Positions 1 to 11,797 of a stretch of DNA of 64,000 bases are shown here, piece by piece; positions within the stretch are counted from its first letter, which is position 1, and the number at the start of each line of letters is the position of its first letter. The notes beneath the pieces are model-generated. The model was not told the origin of the DNA, did no database searches, and saw nothing but the letters and a program-made list of their open reading frames with translations. Where the stretch lies: NCBI GenBank assembly GCA_004022145.1, contig RCNU01000002.1; one strand, 5' to 3'. The position numbers were made by a program, and so were the translations under genes. The stretch comes from Paecilomyces variotii (lineage: Eukaryota).

Positions 1-3000
1 CTGAAAATGGAGTGTGATCCTATTATCGAATGTGGGAAGGAGGACTGTGCTGAGAAAGATGATATTGCCTTCCCTCAACTCCTCAAAGGAAGGGACAGTG
101 ATTCTCATCTGATCAACGGAAAGAAATCCATTCCAGACGATAATACCTGGCAAATCTGTGACATAACAGATCCTCTTTTGCAGAGCATTGTAGCCACGGG
201 ACAGCTCCGTTCCGAAGTCTCGTGGAAGGATGGATTCTTTTGGAATGGAACAATGGCTAAGCTTGAGGTCATTATGCGCGATAAGTTAATCTGTCTCAGA
301 GATGGTAACATCCCTCTCGATGATGAATACAGGTGCCTCCTAGGTTTTCCTGAGAGATATGAATCCTCACAACGCGATCATATCAGGTATGGCCTAGAGT
401 TTGGCCAGACCTATACTATGAAGCAAGCTTTTTTGAGAGGGAAGATATTACGCAGGGCACGCATATCTCTTTCCCGAGGATCGATGATGCAGACTCAGAA
501 CGGCTCCCAGAACAACACTCCTGCACTCGAAAAGCCGCTGACCGAAGACCAACTACAAACAATTGATAAAATAGGAAATAAACAGTCGGCTCAGCGCCTT
601 TATAAACGAACATTAAAGATATTTTCCAAGGAGGAGAGGTTGAATGCAATTGATTTTCTTCGAACACGGAAACACGTCAACCCCACAACTGGACAGGAGC
701 GACCCATTTCGATCTCAAGTGCATCTGAAGTCCTCTACATCGGCGAGGGTACATTGAAACGGTGGATAAAAGAGGAAGGAAAAATCGTAGAAATGCGGCA
801 GGGGTCGTCAAGAGCAGATGGGCCAAGGAAAGAACCCGTCAAGATAACAGACCAGTATGATTCAGGACATTATCCATTCCTCATGCTATCGCCAGAAGAA
901 CTGCACAGCTATGAAGTCATACAACGAAATGAGTTGCACAAGGTACTGCCTACGACGGGATTCCTCTTCTGAGATAATTTACAGATATTTACTTACTATG
1001 GAATAGCTACATCCTTTTGAACATCCAGTCCCTTTCATCGGGATAGAAGGAGGCCGATCTGGGCGACTGAAAACTTTCGAGGATGCTTATAAGTATCTCG
1101 GCCAACAGACCCAGACTTTCCACATTGGACATCCACTTGAACCCTCTGAACCCTCTACAAATAACAAGATGGAAAAGCCAGTACAACTTCCAGATCCTAA
1201 TTCCACAAGTTCCTACCTGAGAGACCCAAAGTCTCAGGGGATAATCAAGAAAATGACAGCACAAGAAGTTAACTCTTGGCTTTACAGCCTTTCGCCAAAG
1301 TATGAACCCAGAACACTTTGTTCAACAGAGCGAAATCCTTTCTATCATGAGTTGACGACGTGTGTTGCCTTTATATGTCAGCAGATGATGGCTGCAAATG
1401 ATAAGGTGAGCGATGATAATACATATCTCCGCTAGATACCGATGAAGTATGTTGATTGTCTGCATAGCTCAAGTCTGCACTTCCAGTCCGGGTCGAGTTT
1501 GGTTACGACCAACCTTTCCAAGGTGCCCCCCAACAATGGGCCATTAAACTTTTGTTCACCACTGACATAGAGATCCTGCTTCCATTGGCACTATGTCTAA
1601 AGGGTTCTGTTAAAGATGAAGTCGCTCCCGACTCCCTCTATCTTCAAGGCTGGACTATAGACCATGCCTTGTTGCCTTGCACAGGGCAGAAAAGGATAAG
1701 AAAAAGGGAGAAGTCAATCAAGTACATGCAACAATTTTACGAGAACTCACAGCCTATTTTTGACAAGTTCAGGTTGAGTCCAGTACTGTATATCACAGAT
1801 GTTGATATGCTGTTTCTTAGAACGCCGGGTTGGCGGCCGCGTCGGTTTTCTGCAAGGTGGACACTATACAGTACAATCCTCCACACCAGCTACCGATTCA
1901 AGTCTCCACTAAGCCCTGTGTATGGAACATATATGGATATTGGACTAATGGTTGATAAAGTCCTTGAAAAGGGATCACAAGTTTCTTTCATAGTCCCACC
2001 TAAGCACCCCTTCCAGCTCGTCAAACTGAGCCAATTTACACTCGACCATGGGACTTCTGAGAGTAATATCCTGTCAGACTCGCTCCACCAGTTTACTGCT
2101 GGTGATACTTCGTCTCATATCACTTTGCGATTCAAGGATATTGAAGATTACTTCTACCATGAAAGCGCAGTTCCTGACTCTGAAGGAATATACCGTGAAA
2201 GATTACACCATGCGCTTAAGTCGAGCGTGGAAAGAGGTTTCAATTTTGTGGACAACAAGAGAAAGTGCATGTTTTATACGTGCCCGGAGCCTCCATGGTC
2301 CTCAAGAACGTACTACTGTCGCTATCACTCTGGCGCACTCATCAGGCATTTCTTCGACCTCACTCCTTTATCTATTGACGTATCCACAACCGCACATTCG
2401 GAACTGGAATTATCGATCACAGACAGCACACGAACCACCTTGAAGGAACTCAAGACCATGTTCTTGAGGCCTGAGAATACTTGGATCATGGACTTTGAGT
2501 TTATTTCCATGCCGGTTAAGTACTCACCAATCCCACTACAACTTGCAATCAGACAGATAGATGGAAAGCTGCTGTATTCGGGTAATGTGGACTACAAATT
2601 GTCCATGAAGGACTTGGTCGAGATTACTTCACCGTATGTCTCAGACAAGCATGGTATGATGGGTACACTATTCCTGAGATGCTATGGAGGTCTCAAAACC
2701 AATGGTGAGACGCCTCCGAAGATCAGAGACCACCTTCGAGATGTTTGCGGCTACGACAAAGACAAAGTTCAGCTATTATCCTGGTTTTCTGCTCATGACA
2801 TGCAATGCTTTCTCAGAATCCTTTCGGGGAATGATGGCTTAATCCAAGACAAGATGTCTCATCTGAACGCATCAAATTTTCAATCGATCAATGTAGGTAA
2901 GCTATGCCGAGACCTCTTTCCAGGGCTCGCCTCGGGCAGACTTGGGACAGTGCATCAATATCTCGGGAAGAATACGGATTCATCCAGCGGAGAAGATTAC

Positions 3001-3066
3001 CATAACGCCTCGTACGATACTGCAGCGATGGTGGACATTATCAATGTTCTCGTGGGGTTGGTTTAA
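1..3066 (+). CDS. Uncharacterised ~980-aa (possibly 5'-truncated) protein with an HTH-like segment and a C-terminal DEDDh 3'-5' exonuclease-like domain; exons ~1-942, 1007-1405, 1468-3066
   Basis: ORFs 7..972, 1169..1435 and 1552..3066 join in frame through GT-AG introns 943-1006 and 1406-1467. Motifs: ISISSASEVLYIGEGTLKRWIK (HTH-like); WIMDFEF (ExoI), SAHDMQCF (ExoII-like), HNASYDT (ExoIII H-x4-D). Confidence 0.6.
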
Positions 3067-3522
3067 GTCCATTTTGGAATCCCTGGCACAGATCAGAAAG
3101 TCGACCTAGGAGAAATCACTAGATTGTTTCTTAGCCAGTTAATTGGAAATAGGGTCAGATGACAGAGTATGGGATAGGGGGGAATAAATACGTATTATGT
3201 TGTATTGGGTACATACATAGTAGCTGAATATTTTATTGAACAATATAGTTGTATTGAAAATAACCCTTCACTCAAAGTAGAATATATTTACACTCCCGAA
3301 AAGAGTATCATAACTAGCCCGAGAACAGGTGTTATACATACGGAGTACAACGCAAGCCTTTAAACGCCGGGAGGGTTAATAATAATATCTTACATTCAAC
3401 CAAGCGCACTCCGAAAGGAGTAGATCACGTTAGGTACATTAAAAAATCCGAATAGGCTGAGATGCCTACTACGAAGCACACTCTTCGCTTCACGGTCGAC
3501 TGGTGATCTGGCAAGATTAAAG

Positions 3523-3531
3523 AAAAAAAAA
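3523..3531 (-). terminator. Pol III oligo-T terminator (T9) just downstream of the tRNA
   Basis: A9 run on + strand starting 12 nt past the tRNA 3' end. Confidence 0.75.
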
Positions 3532-3542
3532 GATTTAAATGC

Positions 3543-3678
3543 CGACAGAACTGGGATTCGAACCCAGGCGGGCGAACCCACAGGCTTACTATTTGGGGTG
3601 TTAGTTGAAAGTCGGGCTACGGTGTCTTGTAAAGGCTACTTACGCAGGCCTGCACCTTAACCACTCGGTCATCCTGTC
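3543..3678 (-). tRNA. tRNA-Ser(GCU), 81 nt mature, with a 55-nt intron (3589-3643) inside the anticodon
   Basis: Minus strand: acceptor GACAGGA/TTCTGTC with G73, D arm ACC-GAGTGGTTAA-GGT, anticodon stem CAGGC/GCCTG, long variable arm GGG-TTCG-CCC, T arm CTGGG-TTCGAAT-CCCAG. Removing GTAAGT...CTAAC...TAG gives loop CT-GCT-AA. Confidence 0.9.
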
Positions 3679-4126
3679 AGATGATGACTATTTTTTCCCG
3701 AAATACGCTACTTCATCCAAACATACAGTGCCCCATGGCTATGACCTCTTAATTGATCAGTCTTTGGAGCACTGGATCTCCGGAGGTACAACGGCTTGCC
3801 TCAGCTTGGGTGTAGATACTGCCACTCAAGCGCAGGCTGAATGCTCACCTGTAAAACCAGGCCTTTCTTCTTTCTTCGCTTCTTTCTGCTGCAGGCAGCC
3901 AACATTAGCCGCGTGCGCTTTTTCTTGATGACGTCCCACTTGAAGCTCACTTCTACCTGAGCCTGAGCGATGCCCAGAGACTTCGACCTGTTCACGCATC
4001 TTCCCTTGTACGTTCGCAGCGAGCGCAGACACTTCTCAATAAGCGCCCCGCATCATTTAAGTACCAAAGCCCTCTTGCTAAGAGACTTGTGGCACTGACC
4101 GCGGGGCTAGTTTTCCGGCAGGTCAG

Positions 4127-7100
4127 ATGCTAAACAAGATACGGAGCGACGACGCTCAAGATGATGAGCGCAGGTTGTTCCCGAACTTCGAGTACGTAAT
4201 CCCACAAGCATTCCTGTCGTCTGTAGTGCTCACTCTTTTCTCGGATACAGCAGGAACAGTTCGAATGCGGTCACGATCATTCCTGGAGCTACATTCAGAA
4301 AACCCGGCAAATTAACGCACGTAAGCAAGATCGCGGCTCCCTCATGAAGACGGCATCTAACAGTATACATGGATTAGGGGCTATCTCCGTTTCGGCCCAT
4401 AGACACAATCGCGCGTCACTCCAGACAAAGTGGGCCAGTTCGTGCGGCGGGGAAGGGGAGGCAGCTGGATGATCGCAGCGTTACAATTCCTGGTTCTTCC
4501 CACCGCGGATACTCTGTGGAACTGGATGAGAATAATAGGCCGACAAAGCGCCAACGTCGAAGCCTGGAGGCGACATCGGGTCCGGTTGTCGATTTGATAG
4601 ACGTTGAAGATATGGAACATCAGACGTCTCCAACAGGGACGTCATCCTCGTTTCAGCACACGTCCCGTCTATCTTCGACATCTAGCCAGCAGTCCGTACG
4701 TCCAAAGAAATCGAAGGGGACAGGGAAGAAACTAGACGAGTATAGGAACGTGGAACGGTTAATGAGCGTTGGTCACGCACCGACCAGTCCTCAGAATTAT
4801 TTCCACAGAAGACAGGTGATTATTGAGGATGACAATGACGCTCCGCCTACACCAAAAAGGAAACCTGGAGACACGCGAGAAGGTGCCGATCGGACTGAGA
4901 CTGACAAAGTCAACCGTGACAACAAGCCGGAAATCCTCGACAGTGTCGAGATTTGCAATACAAGGAACCAAAAGGATGTGACCGAGCTGGAAAGTCCAAA
5001 GTCTCTAAAGAAATTCTTTTCGACAGACAGTAAGCGACGCGGATCAAGCGGACGAGAGAGCCCGGACGAACTACAGGGAGATATCACCGTGCAGCGTGCG
5101 CCTTCCTCGCTGAATGGAGTGCATGCGAGGGAAGCCAGTGTCGGTTCCTCATCAGCCGACCGATCGAAGAAAGATGCCTGTTGGCGATCATCTCCAAGCG
5201 ATATTCGTCCCGTGGAATTCACGTCCACCTCCGGAAAAGATCGAGGAAAGGCAAACCGGAAAGAGAGGTCAGACAAGGGTGCTTCTCACAAGAAATTGTT
5301 CGAAGCAGACTTGTTCCGTTTCGGCCCTGTCGAGCGTGTATCTTTCGAAGGACAGGGCTTTGAACTCACTATCAATAAGGCCCGAGACACTCTTTGCCTG
5401 GCGGAAACTGCTGACAAGGACAGCACGAAGGGGATTGATATACCGCTGCAGAAAATCACGACTGTCTTCGAAGGAGAAAGTCCAAGTCGTAAGATCCGTT
5501 TACGTCTTTCAAAAGTGGAGGGCAGCGATGAAATGGTAGATATACAACTATCTTCAGAGAAGGAAAAGGACAACTTCTGCAAGGTCCTGAAGCGGAAAGA
5601 TATCAAATTTTTATCAAAAGAAAGGTATGCGTTTGTAGTGGCTTCCCACGGACCTAAAACTAATGAATCTGCCAGTGGGTGGATGGACGCTGCATTCAAT
5701 AGGAATGAGAAAAGAACTGCTGCGCAGAAAGGTCGCTACAAGCGCCTCAACGACGCAGAGAACAGCGAGGAGCCTGTTCAAAAGTCGAAATCCGAAACGA
5801 TTAAACGGCCAAAACTTTCCGAATCTCTCCAAGATGACAGCGCCAACACCAACCGCTCTGCAGGGTCTATGATTAGTCGACCCCCGCGTCGTCTAGGCGA
5901 AGCTTCGAGTCATGCGCAGAGCCAAACTGAAGTCCCTGACCCGGACAGTCACAGCCATCCATCCAGAAGCGGATCTGATGAAGGAGTCGCAATCCCTGTC
6001 AAGAAATATATGGATAATTCCTTGTACGAACGAGAAACACGGTCCAAATCCCGGAAAACACAGCCTGCAGTCATTAGGTTCGCGAATCCATGGCCCCCAA
6101 GAAGAAAGCTCAAATGTCAGCTAACAATGACCCAGCGATGATAAGGAGCCAACAGTAGAGAAAGCAGTGTCCGCTTACAAGCCGCGAAAGTGGTCGAAAT
6201 CCCTTGTGTACCCTCGAGTGGGAAAGAAGAAGGCTGAAGTCGATGTACATGATCTAGAAAGACTCCGTGACGGAGAGTTTCTCAACGATAATCTCGTCGG
6301 TTTCTATCTGCGATTCCTTGAACATCACTTGGAACGTACAAGCCCTCAAACGGCGAAGAAGATCTATTTTTTCAACTCCTACTTCTTTGAGACACTTACC
6401 AATCTTCCGAGAAGCAAACGTGGGATTAACTATGAAGGCGTCCAAAAGTGGACGAGGAATGTCGATATCTTCAGTCATGACTATATCGTTGTTCCTATCA
6501 ATGAGAGCGCACATTGGTACGTGGCTATCATATGTAATCTGCCGATCTTGGAGCGCCCTCAAGAGGGTAGTCCCGAGCTCGAAGGATTTCCTGATAAAGA
6601 AGTCTCGGAGGAGCGTTCAGAAATCCCTGAGACTCCACCAGCTGTGGCGGAAGATAGTTCGGTCAACGACCCTAACGCTATCGGCAATGTGCACTCGGAT
6701 TCCGGTAAAGAAGAGAAGACCCGTCAATCACTCGCTTCAATGACACTTTCTGACAATAGAGAAGTCTCCTCGCCCACTGGGGAAAAGGTTCAGTCTGGGA
6801 CAGCACCGGAAGCTGACGATGATTGGCCGGAGGGAGAAGAGAACCCTACCTCGTCACCCCCGAAGTTCACAAAGCCTGGTGATTATCCTCGTGAGCCAGA
6901 ACCGAGCCAAGAACAGGAAGATGTGTCACGGAAGAAATCGCAAGCGGCCGATAAGGGAAAGAAGCAAAAGAAGAAACAAGGACGCTCTTTGCCGAAATAC
7001 GATCCCAAGCAACCGGTTATTATTACGTTCGATTCCCTGGACCTCCCGCGCTCGCCGACAGTAAGATGCCTCCGTGAGTATCTCTACGAGGAAGGGAAGT

Positions 7101-8053
7101 CTAAACGCGGAATCGACGTCGATGTGAAGGCGATCAAGGGGATGACGGCGCGAGAGATCCCACTGCAACCTAATTTCTCAGACTGTGGTCTATACCTACT
7201 GGCGTACATGGAAAAGTTCATCCAGGATCCAGATTCTTTTGTGACCAAACTTCTTCAGAGAGACATGAAAACGGAGACGGACTGGCCTTCGCTGAAATCC
7301 GGTCTCCTCCGCCGTCGCCTTCGCAAGTTCCTCGACGATCTGTATGAGGAGCAGGAGGAGGCACGGCGCCATAAGATGACCGAGACAACCACAATGGCTG
7401 ACAGGAAGCCAATTTCATATCTATTGGGGCCCAGTCAAGTCTCTAAGAAGATAAGGAGCGGTGACAAGCCTGCGCGGAAATCTGAAGAGCATGATGCATT
7501 ATGCTCTAAGGACCAGAGTCCCTCCAAAGATCTCCCTGGAAACAGAAGCAGCCCGGAGGAGCTAGTGCTAAGACAGTCGAATGGTGATTCGTCGCAGCAG
7601 GCTGCATCAAAGGACACCCTGAAGAAGGGAACGCCAGATGAGACAACTCCAAGACAGCCTGAGGTGGATGATACAACTGTATCAGGCCCAGTTGGCGAAG
7701 CTGCAGAGGACGCCGCAGCAATAGTGCAGCCTCCCGCTATGAATGACACGGCACTCGAAAGTACGACTTCGGACCGCGAAGTGATTGAAGTACTTGATAG
7801 TCAGTCACAACAAGTACCAGCTTCTCCACGCCATCTCCGTCATAGCAAGGGAAAGAGACAGTCAGGACCTCGACACGCAGAGGCAGCTGACGATGAAAAC
7901 TTCCTCGATGAACTGCAAGAGGTCGTAAATACGTCCCCAAAAGTTAGAGTTGAGGTGCAAGTTCCAGGGACACCACCCCTTGGCAGAGCAACGGCACTTG
8001 TGGAGGATAGCCCGCGGAGAAGTCCGCGACAGGCGAGACCAACGAGCAAGTGA
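4127..8053 (+). CDS. ulp2: Ulp1-family (Peptidase C48) SUMO protease, Ulp2/SENP6-7-like
   Basis: FLNDNLVGFY, YFFNSYFF, VPINESAHWY, ITFDSL and QPNFSDCGLY catalytic motifs with a split catalytic domain. In-frame introns ~4193-4250, 4321-4377, ~5624-5675 and ~6078-6134. Confidence 0.9.
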
Positions 8054-8493
8054 AAGGAAGACTGAGTATTTTGCTGAGACGCGTCAAATGTTTTGTGTTT
8101 CAGCCTCTGGAGTTGTGATCTGGGTTTTAGCTTCACGAGAGCGCGACCACTTCCGGTTTGCATTTATATCTTTCAATTCGCGCTGTAGAGTTAGCGTCCT
8201 CCGTGTTGCATTTTCTAGTGGCGTTTTACACGGGGAATGGCCAATGCTCGTCTCCGCGGGTTCTGGTTTTTATTACATAGATGATACCAATATTTGCAAG
8301 CACTGATATTTAAAAACACCAGTGTGTCTCTATTATATCGCGATATCTTTAAGTAGGCCCGCTAGTTTTCCCACCGAGAGAGCTCGACTTACAACACCAT
8401 CACTCCAAAGTGCTCTGCCCTGATTCCTCTGGTTCATTTATGCCGAGTCCTCTTTCCAAACCCCCCCTTCTTTCTATGCCAGAACACACCTCC

Positions 8494-9218
8494 TCACCAC
8501 TCACTTTCATCCGCCTTTACCCACCAACTCATCTTATCCCTCTTGAAAGTCTCAAAGTCCCACTCGCCGCTCTCCAATTGATCCTCACCCGCCGCCCACA
8601 CATACACCACGGCATCGACCTCCTCCCCTTCATCCGCGAGCTCCGCTTCCGCCTTATCCAACATATCCCTCAAATGCTCGTCCCCTCTCTTCGCAGTACT
8701 CTCTTCCGTCCTCCCCCCGACGGCGGCGGTACTGCGCAGGACGCGCACTCTCACGGGCTTCTTCACATACTCATCCCCTTCGAACCGGTCCAGACGATAG
8801 ACGTCACCATCAGTAAGGCCCGAAACGACGGTCCCTAACACGGAAGACTCGGACGAACTGCTGCTGGGGATAATTCCAGGATAATCAGCATTGCGGACAC
8901 GATGACGGCGATATCCATGTAGAATGGCCGGTCGGATAGTCAGCATGTTTTTCTGCCAGGGTTCCGGGTCAGGACGGCCGTGGCATACGCGGTGGAGGAT
9001 TTGGGGAGCCATGAGGGTTCCTGTGTTGTAGATGGAGATTGTGTTAGATTAGAGAGAGAGAGATTTTGATTAGTTGATGAATATAAAAAGATATGCTAGT
9101 GAGGATGGCATGATGATGGTGGTTGGATTCTAAGCTGATTCGATCAAAAGTTGTTTGATTTTTTTTTTCGAATTTCAACTAAACACCTACCGTAAAAGAA
9201 AAGAGTATGGTCCCCCAT
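8494..9218 (-). CDS. AIG2-like gamma-glutamylcyclotransferase family protein
   Basis: Exon 1 MGDHTLFFYG (ATG 9218) splices to GTLMAPQIL. Also PAILHGYRRHRV..DYPGI and LDRFEGDEY motifs. Confidence 0.85.
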
Positions 9219-9827
9219 GATTTTTGTTCATGTGCTGGGAATTTCCCCAATTGAGATTCGTCGTGGTCTGCTTGCGTCGTGTAGGAAGGAAATGATAAAC
9301 CAACAATGAGCGAATGATTTGTTCAGTTGATGCCGGAGAATAAGTAAGTACTGTAAGTAAGTAAAACGTGCTTACGCCTTTTCTGAACTGAGATAAGTAA
9401 GTACGAAGACGTGAGAGATCTAATCTCAAAACCTAGCAAAATTCCAGATTATCCCTCGCAGTAGCCATCTAACGCGGAGAAATATCTACCAACATCGTCA
9501 TTGTTCTTCCTTCTCTCTCTTATCTTATCGGTCTCCTTCAACTTCCCCAGTTTCAGCCTGTTTGCTCTGTTTGCCTCCATCCTTTCTTTCCCGCATCGCA
9601 TCTCCGAAGCGTTCTTGAAGCTCCAGCTGGCCTGAACCGGAAAGCAACCCCAGTCCCACGCGCGCGTCTCTCAGTCTTTTTTCCTCTGCTCTCTCCTCTG
9701 GAGCGGAAAAAAGGATTGAGAAATATTCTCTTTCATTTTTGTATTTTTTTTTTCTTTTTTGAATCGTTCATATACTATCCTGAAAGTGGGAAAAAAGGAG
9801 GAATAACATTCAAGAGAAACCGCGGGG

Positions 9828-10810
9828 ATGCATTCGACAATCAACCGCACGCAAACCGTCTTCGGTTTCTTCACGACGGTAGCATTAACTGTCGCAGCGG
9901 CAATTGCGCTTTCGGTTCTACTATATCCAGCTGATGACGTGACGAGTAGTGTGGAGTTGAAGAATGTGCAAGTGTATGTTTGTCTGTCCCCTTGTGTGTT
10001 TCTCGTCGTCGCAACGGGGGAGAAAGAAAGAAAGAAAGAAAGAAAGAAACAAGAAACTAATGATAATTTATCGGGGATGTAGGATCAAGGGCCGACCGCA
10101 TTACTACTCTTCTAAAAAAGAGGAATACGCACGAATCAGTTTCGATTTGGATGCTGGTATGGAGACGACATCTTTCCTTTCTTCTCTCTCTCGCTTACTC
10201 GCAAGAGTATTATCTATCTATCTGTTTATCTATCTATCTATTCCCGAAATCTACAAGACTAACAATTTCAATTCTCTCCATCGCAATAGACCTCTCTCCG
10301 CTATTTAACTGGAACACGAAACAACTCTTCGTCTACGTTTATGCTTCCTACCCTTCTTCTAGCGATGCCCTTGCAACCTCCGAATCCATCATTTGGGATA
10401 AGATCATCCCCGCTCCGGAATCGCCTTACTCGCCTAGCGTGTTGAAGGAGCGCTTCTTCCCTGCCAAGTCTACGTCGAAATCGAAGAGTCGGAGACAATC
10501 ATCGTCTACCAAGCAGACACAGAAGAAAGGGGAGGGCAAGCCCGGTGTGCTGAAGCTGAGAAACCAGAAGCCAAAGTACCAGATCACGGACATCACCGGT
10601 AAGATGGCCGAGAGACAGAATGTCACGTTAACTGTGGGATGGAACGTGCAGCCGTGGGTTGGAGCACTCTGGTGGAGCGCTGGTACAGGAGCAGTCCCTC
10701 ACACGTCAGGCCAGACCGGCCAGAGTAAGACCTTCGATCTTCCTCCGTTGAAAGGTACCCGGCAAGAGGGAGCAAATGGTGATGCGGCCAAGACGAAGGC
10801 GAACGCATGA
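9828..10810 (+). CDS. SPC3: Signal peptidase complex subunit SPC3/SPC22
   Basis: MHSTINRTQTVFGFFTT, FDLDADLSPLFNWNTKQLFVYV, IIWDKII, KPKYQITD and WNVQPWVG; two introns. Confidence 0.93.
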
Positions 10811-11184
10811 TAGCTTTTTCCTGAAAGACGAATATTGAAATTCTCTTGGGGCTGCAGCGATAACTATTCATTCTGTTTTCTAAAATAAACTATCTGCCTT
10901 GATGGGGCACCCGACGCTTGTAATATTGTAGAGAGCACATGATAAAAAAGGAACGACGCATCAATCATAACCCTGTGTCACATTGAACTATTAAAATAGT
11001 ATGAAATATTACCAACCATCCCGTGCGCATCATGGGAACCCCCGGATGCCACTGAGGAAACGCCATTACTGCGAGGCAACAATAAGACGATCGATATCCG
11101 AAAGCAGCCTCCTACCCGAAAATTTTTTTTTCTCGCGTCAATTGGCGAAGAATCGTCATTGGATCGTATGGAATCGGTCAGATC

Positions 11185-11797
11185 TTAGGCTGCTGGAACT
11201 GTTCCATAAGTTGTGCCATAGTTGTTGCCAGCAGCCGCAGCCGGGGGAGCGTTGTGGTGATGGCCACCGTTTTGAATGCGGTCGGAGTAGACGCCAGGCG
11301 CCGGGCGGGCCGCGAAACGGCCCTCCGCACTCATCCGGCGGCGGTCATAGTAGATGTACTCCAGATAGAAGGCATGTATATGTCCCGGGAAATAACTATC
11401 GCATGTCAGCATGGATTGCCATCGCACATGTTTGATTTCCAAGGCGGACTGCTTACCCTAGGATTGTCAAGAGAATGTTGATGAGGAGATCTGCGCCGCA
11501 GCCAGCAACAAGGAACACTCCGACCGGAGGGACTGCAATGGAGAGAGTATCAGCAATTATTGCCAAATAAAAGACTGATCAAGGGCGTATCCAGATGTCG
11601 AGACCAGATCTGCGTTCCTGACCCACATCCAAGGCAATTCCACCATATAGTTATCATAGTTCTGCGAGCAACAAGCGAACCGCCATCCTTTCCAGATCGA
11701 ACCTCGCAAACAAAAAGGGAAGACTCAATGGCTTGGAAATTCACATACTCAGAAGCGTTATGATGATCAAACAGATCATGCCTAGTGTGCCTGCCAT
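11185..11797 (-). CDS. Pmp3/UPF0057 plasma-membrane proteolipid (stress-response RCI peptide), 3 exons
   Basis: Spliced translation MAGTLGMICLIIITLLI-PPVGVFLVAGCGADLLINILLTILG-YFPGHIHAFYLEY. Only the last exon appears in the ORF track. Confidence 0.88.

Noticed and set aside
3543-3678. Calling the tRNA Arg(GCG) with a canonical intron
   Set aside because: It would need U37 and an atypical G34 Arg anticodon on a body with serine determinants; GT-AG excision gives a fully consistent Ser(GCU).
3396-3928. ORFs 3396..3581 and 3605..3928
   Set aside because: Non-ATG starts, overlap with the tRNA, and no recognisable protein motifs.
10022-10240. (GAAA)n and (CTAT)n tracts
   Set aside because: Ordinary intronic microsatellites in SPC3.
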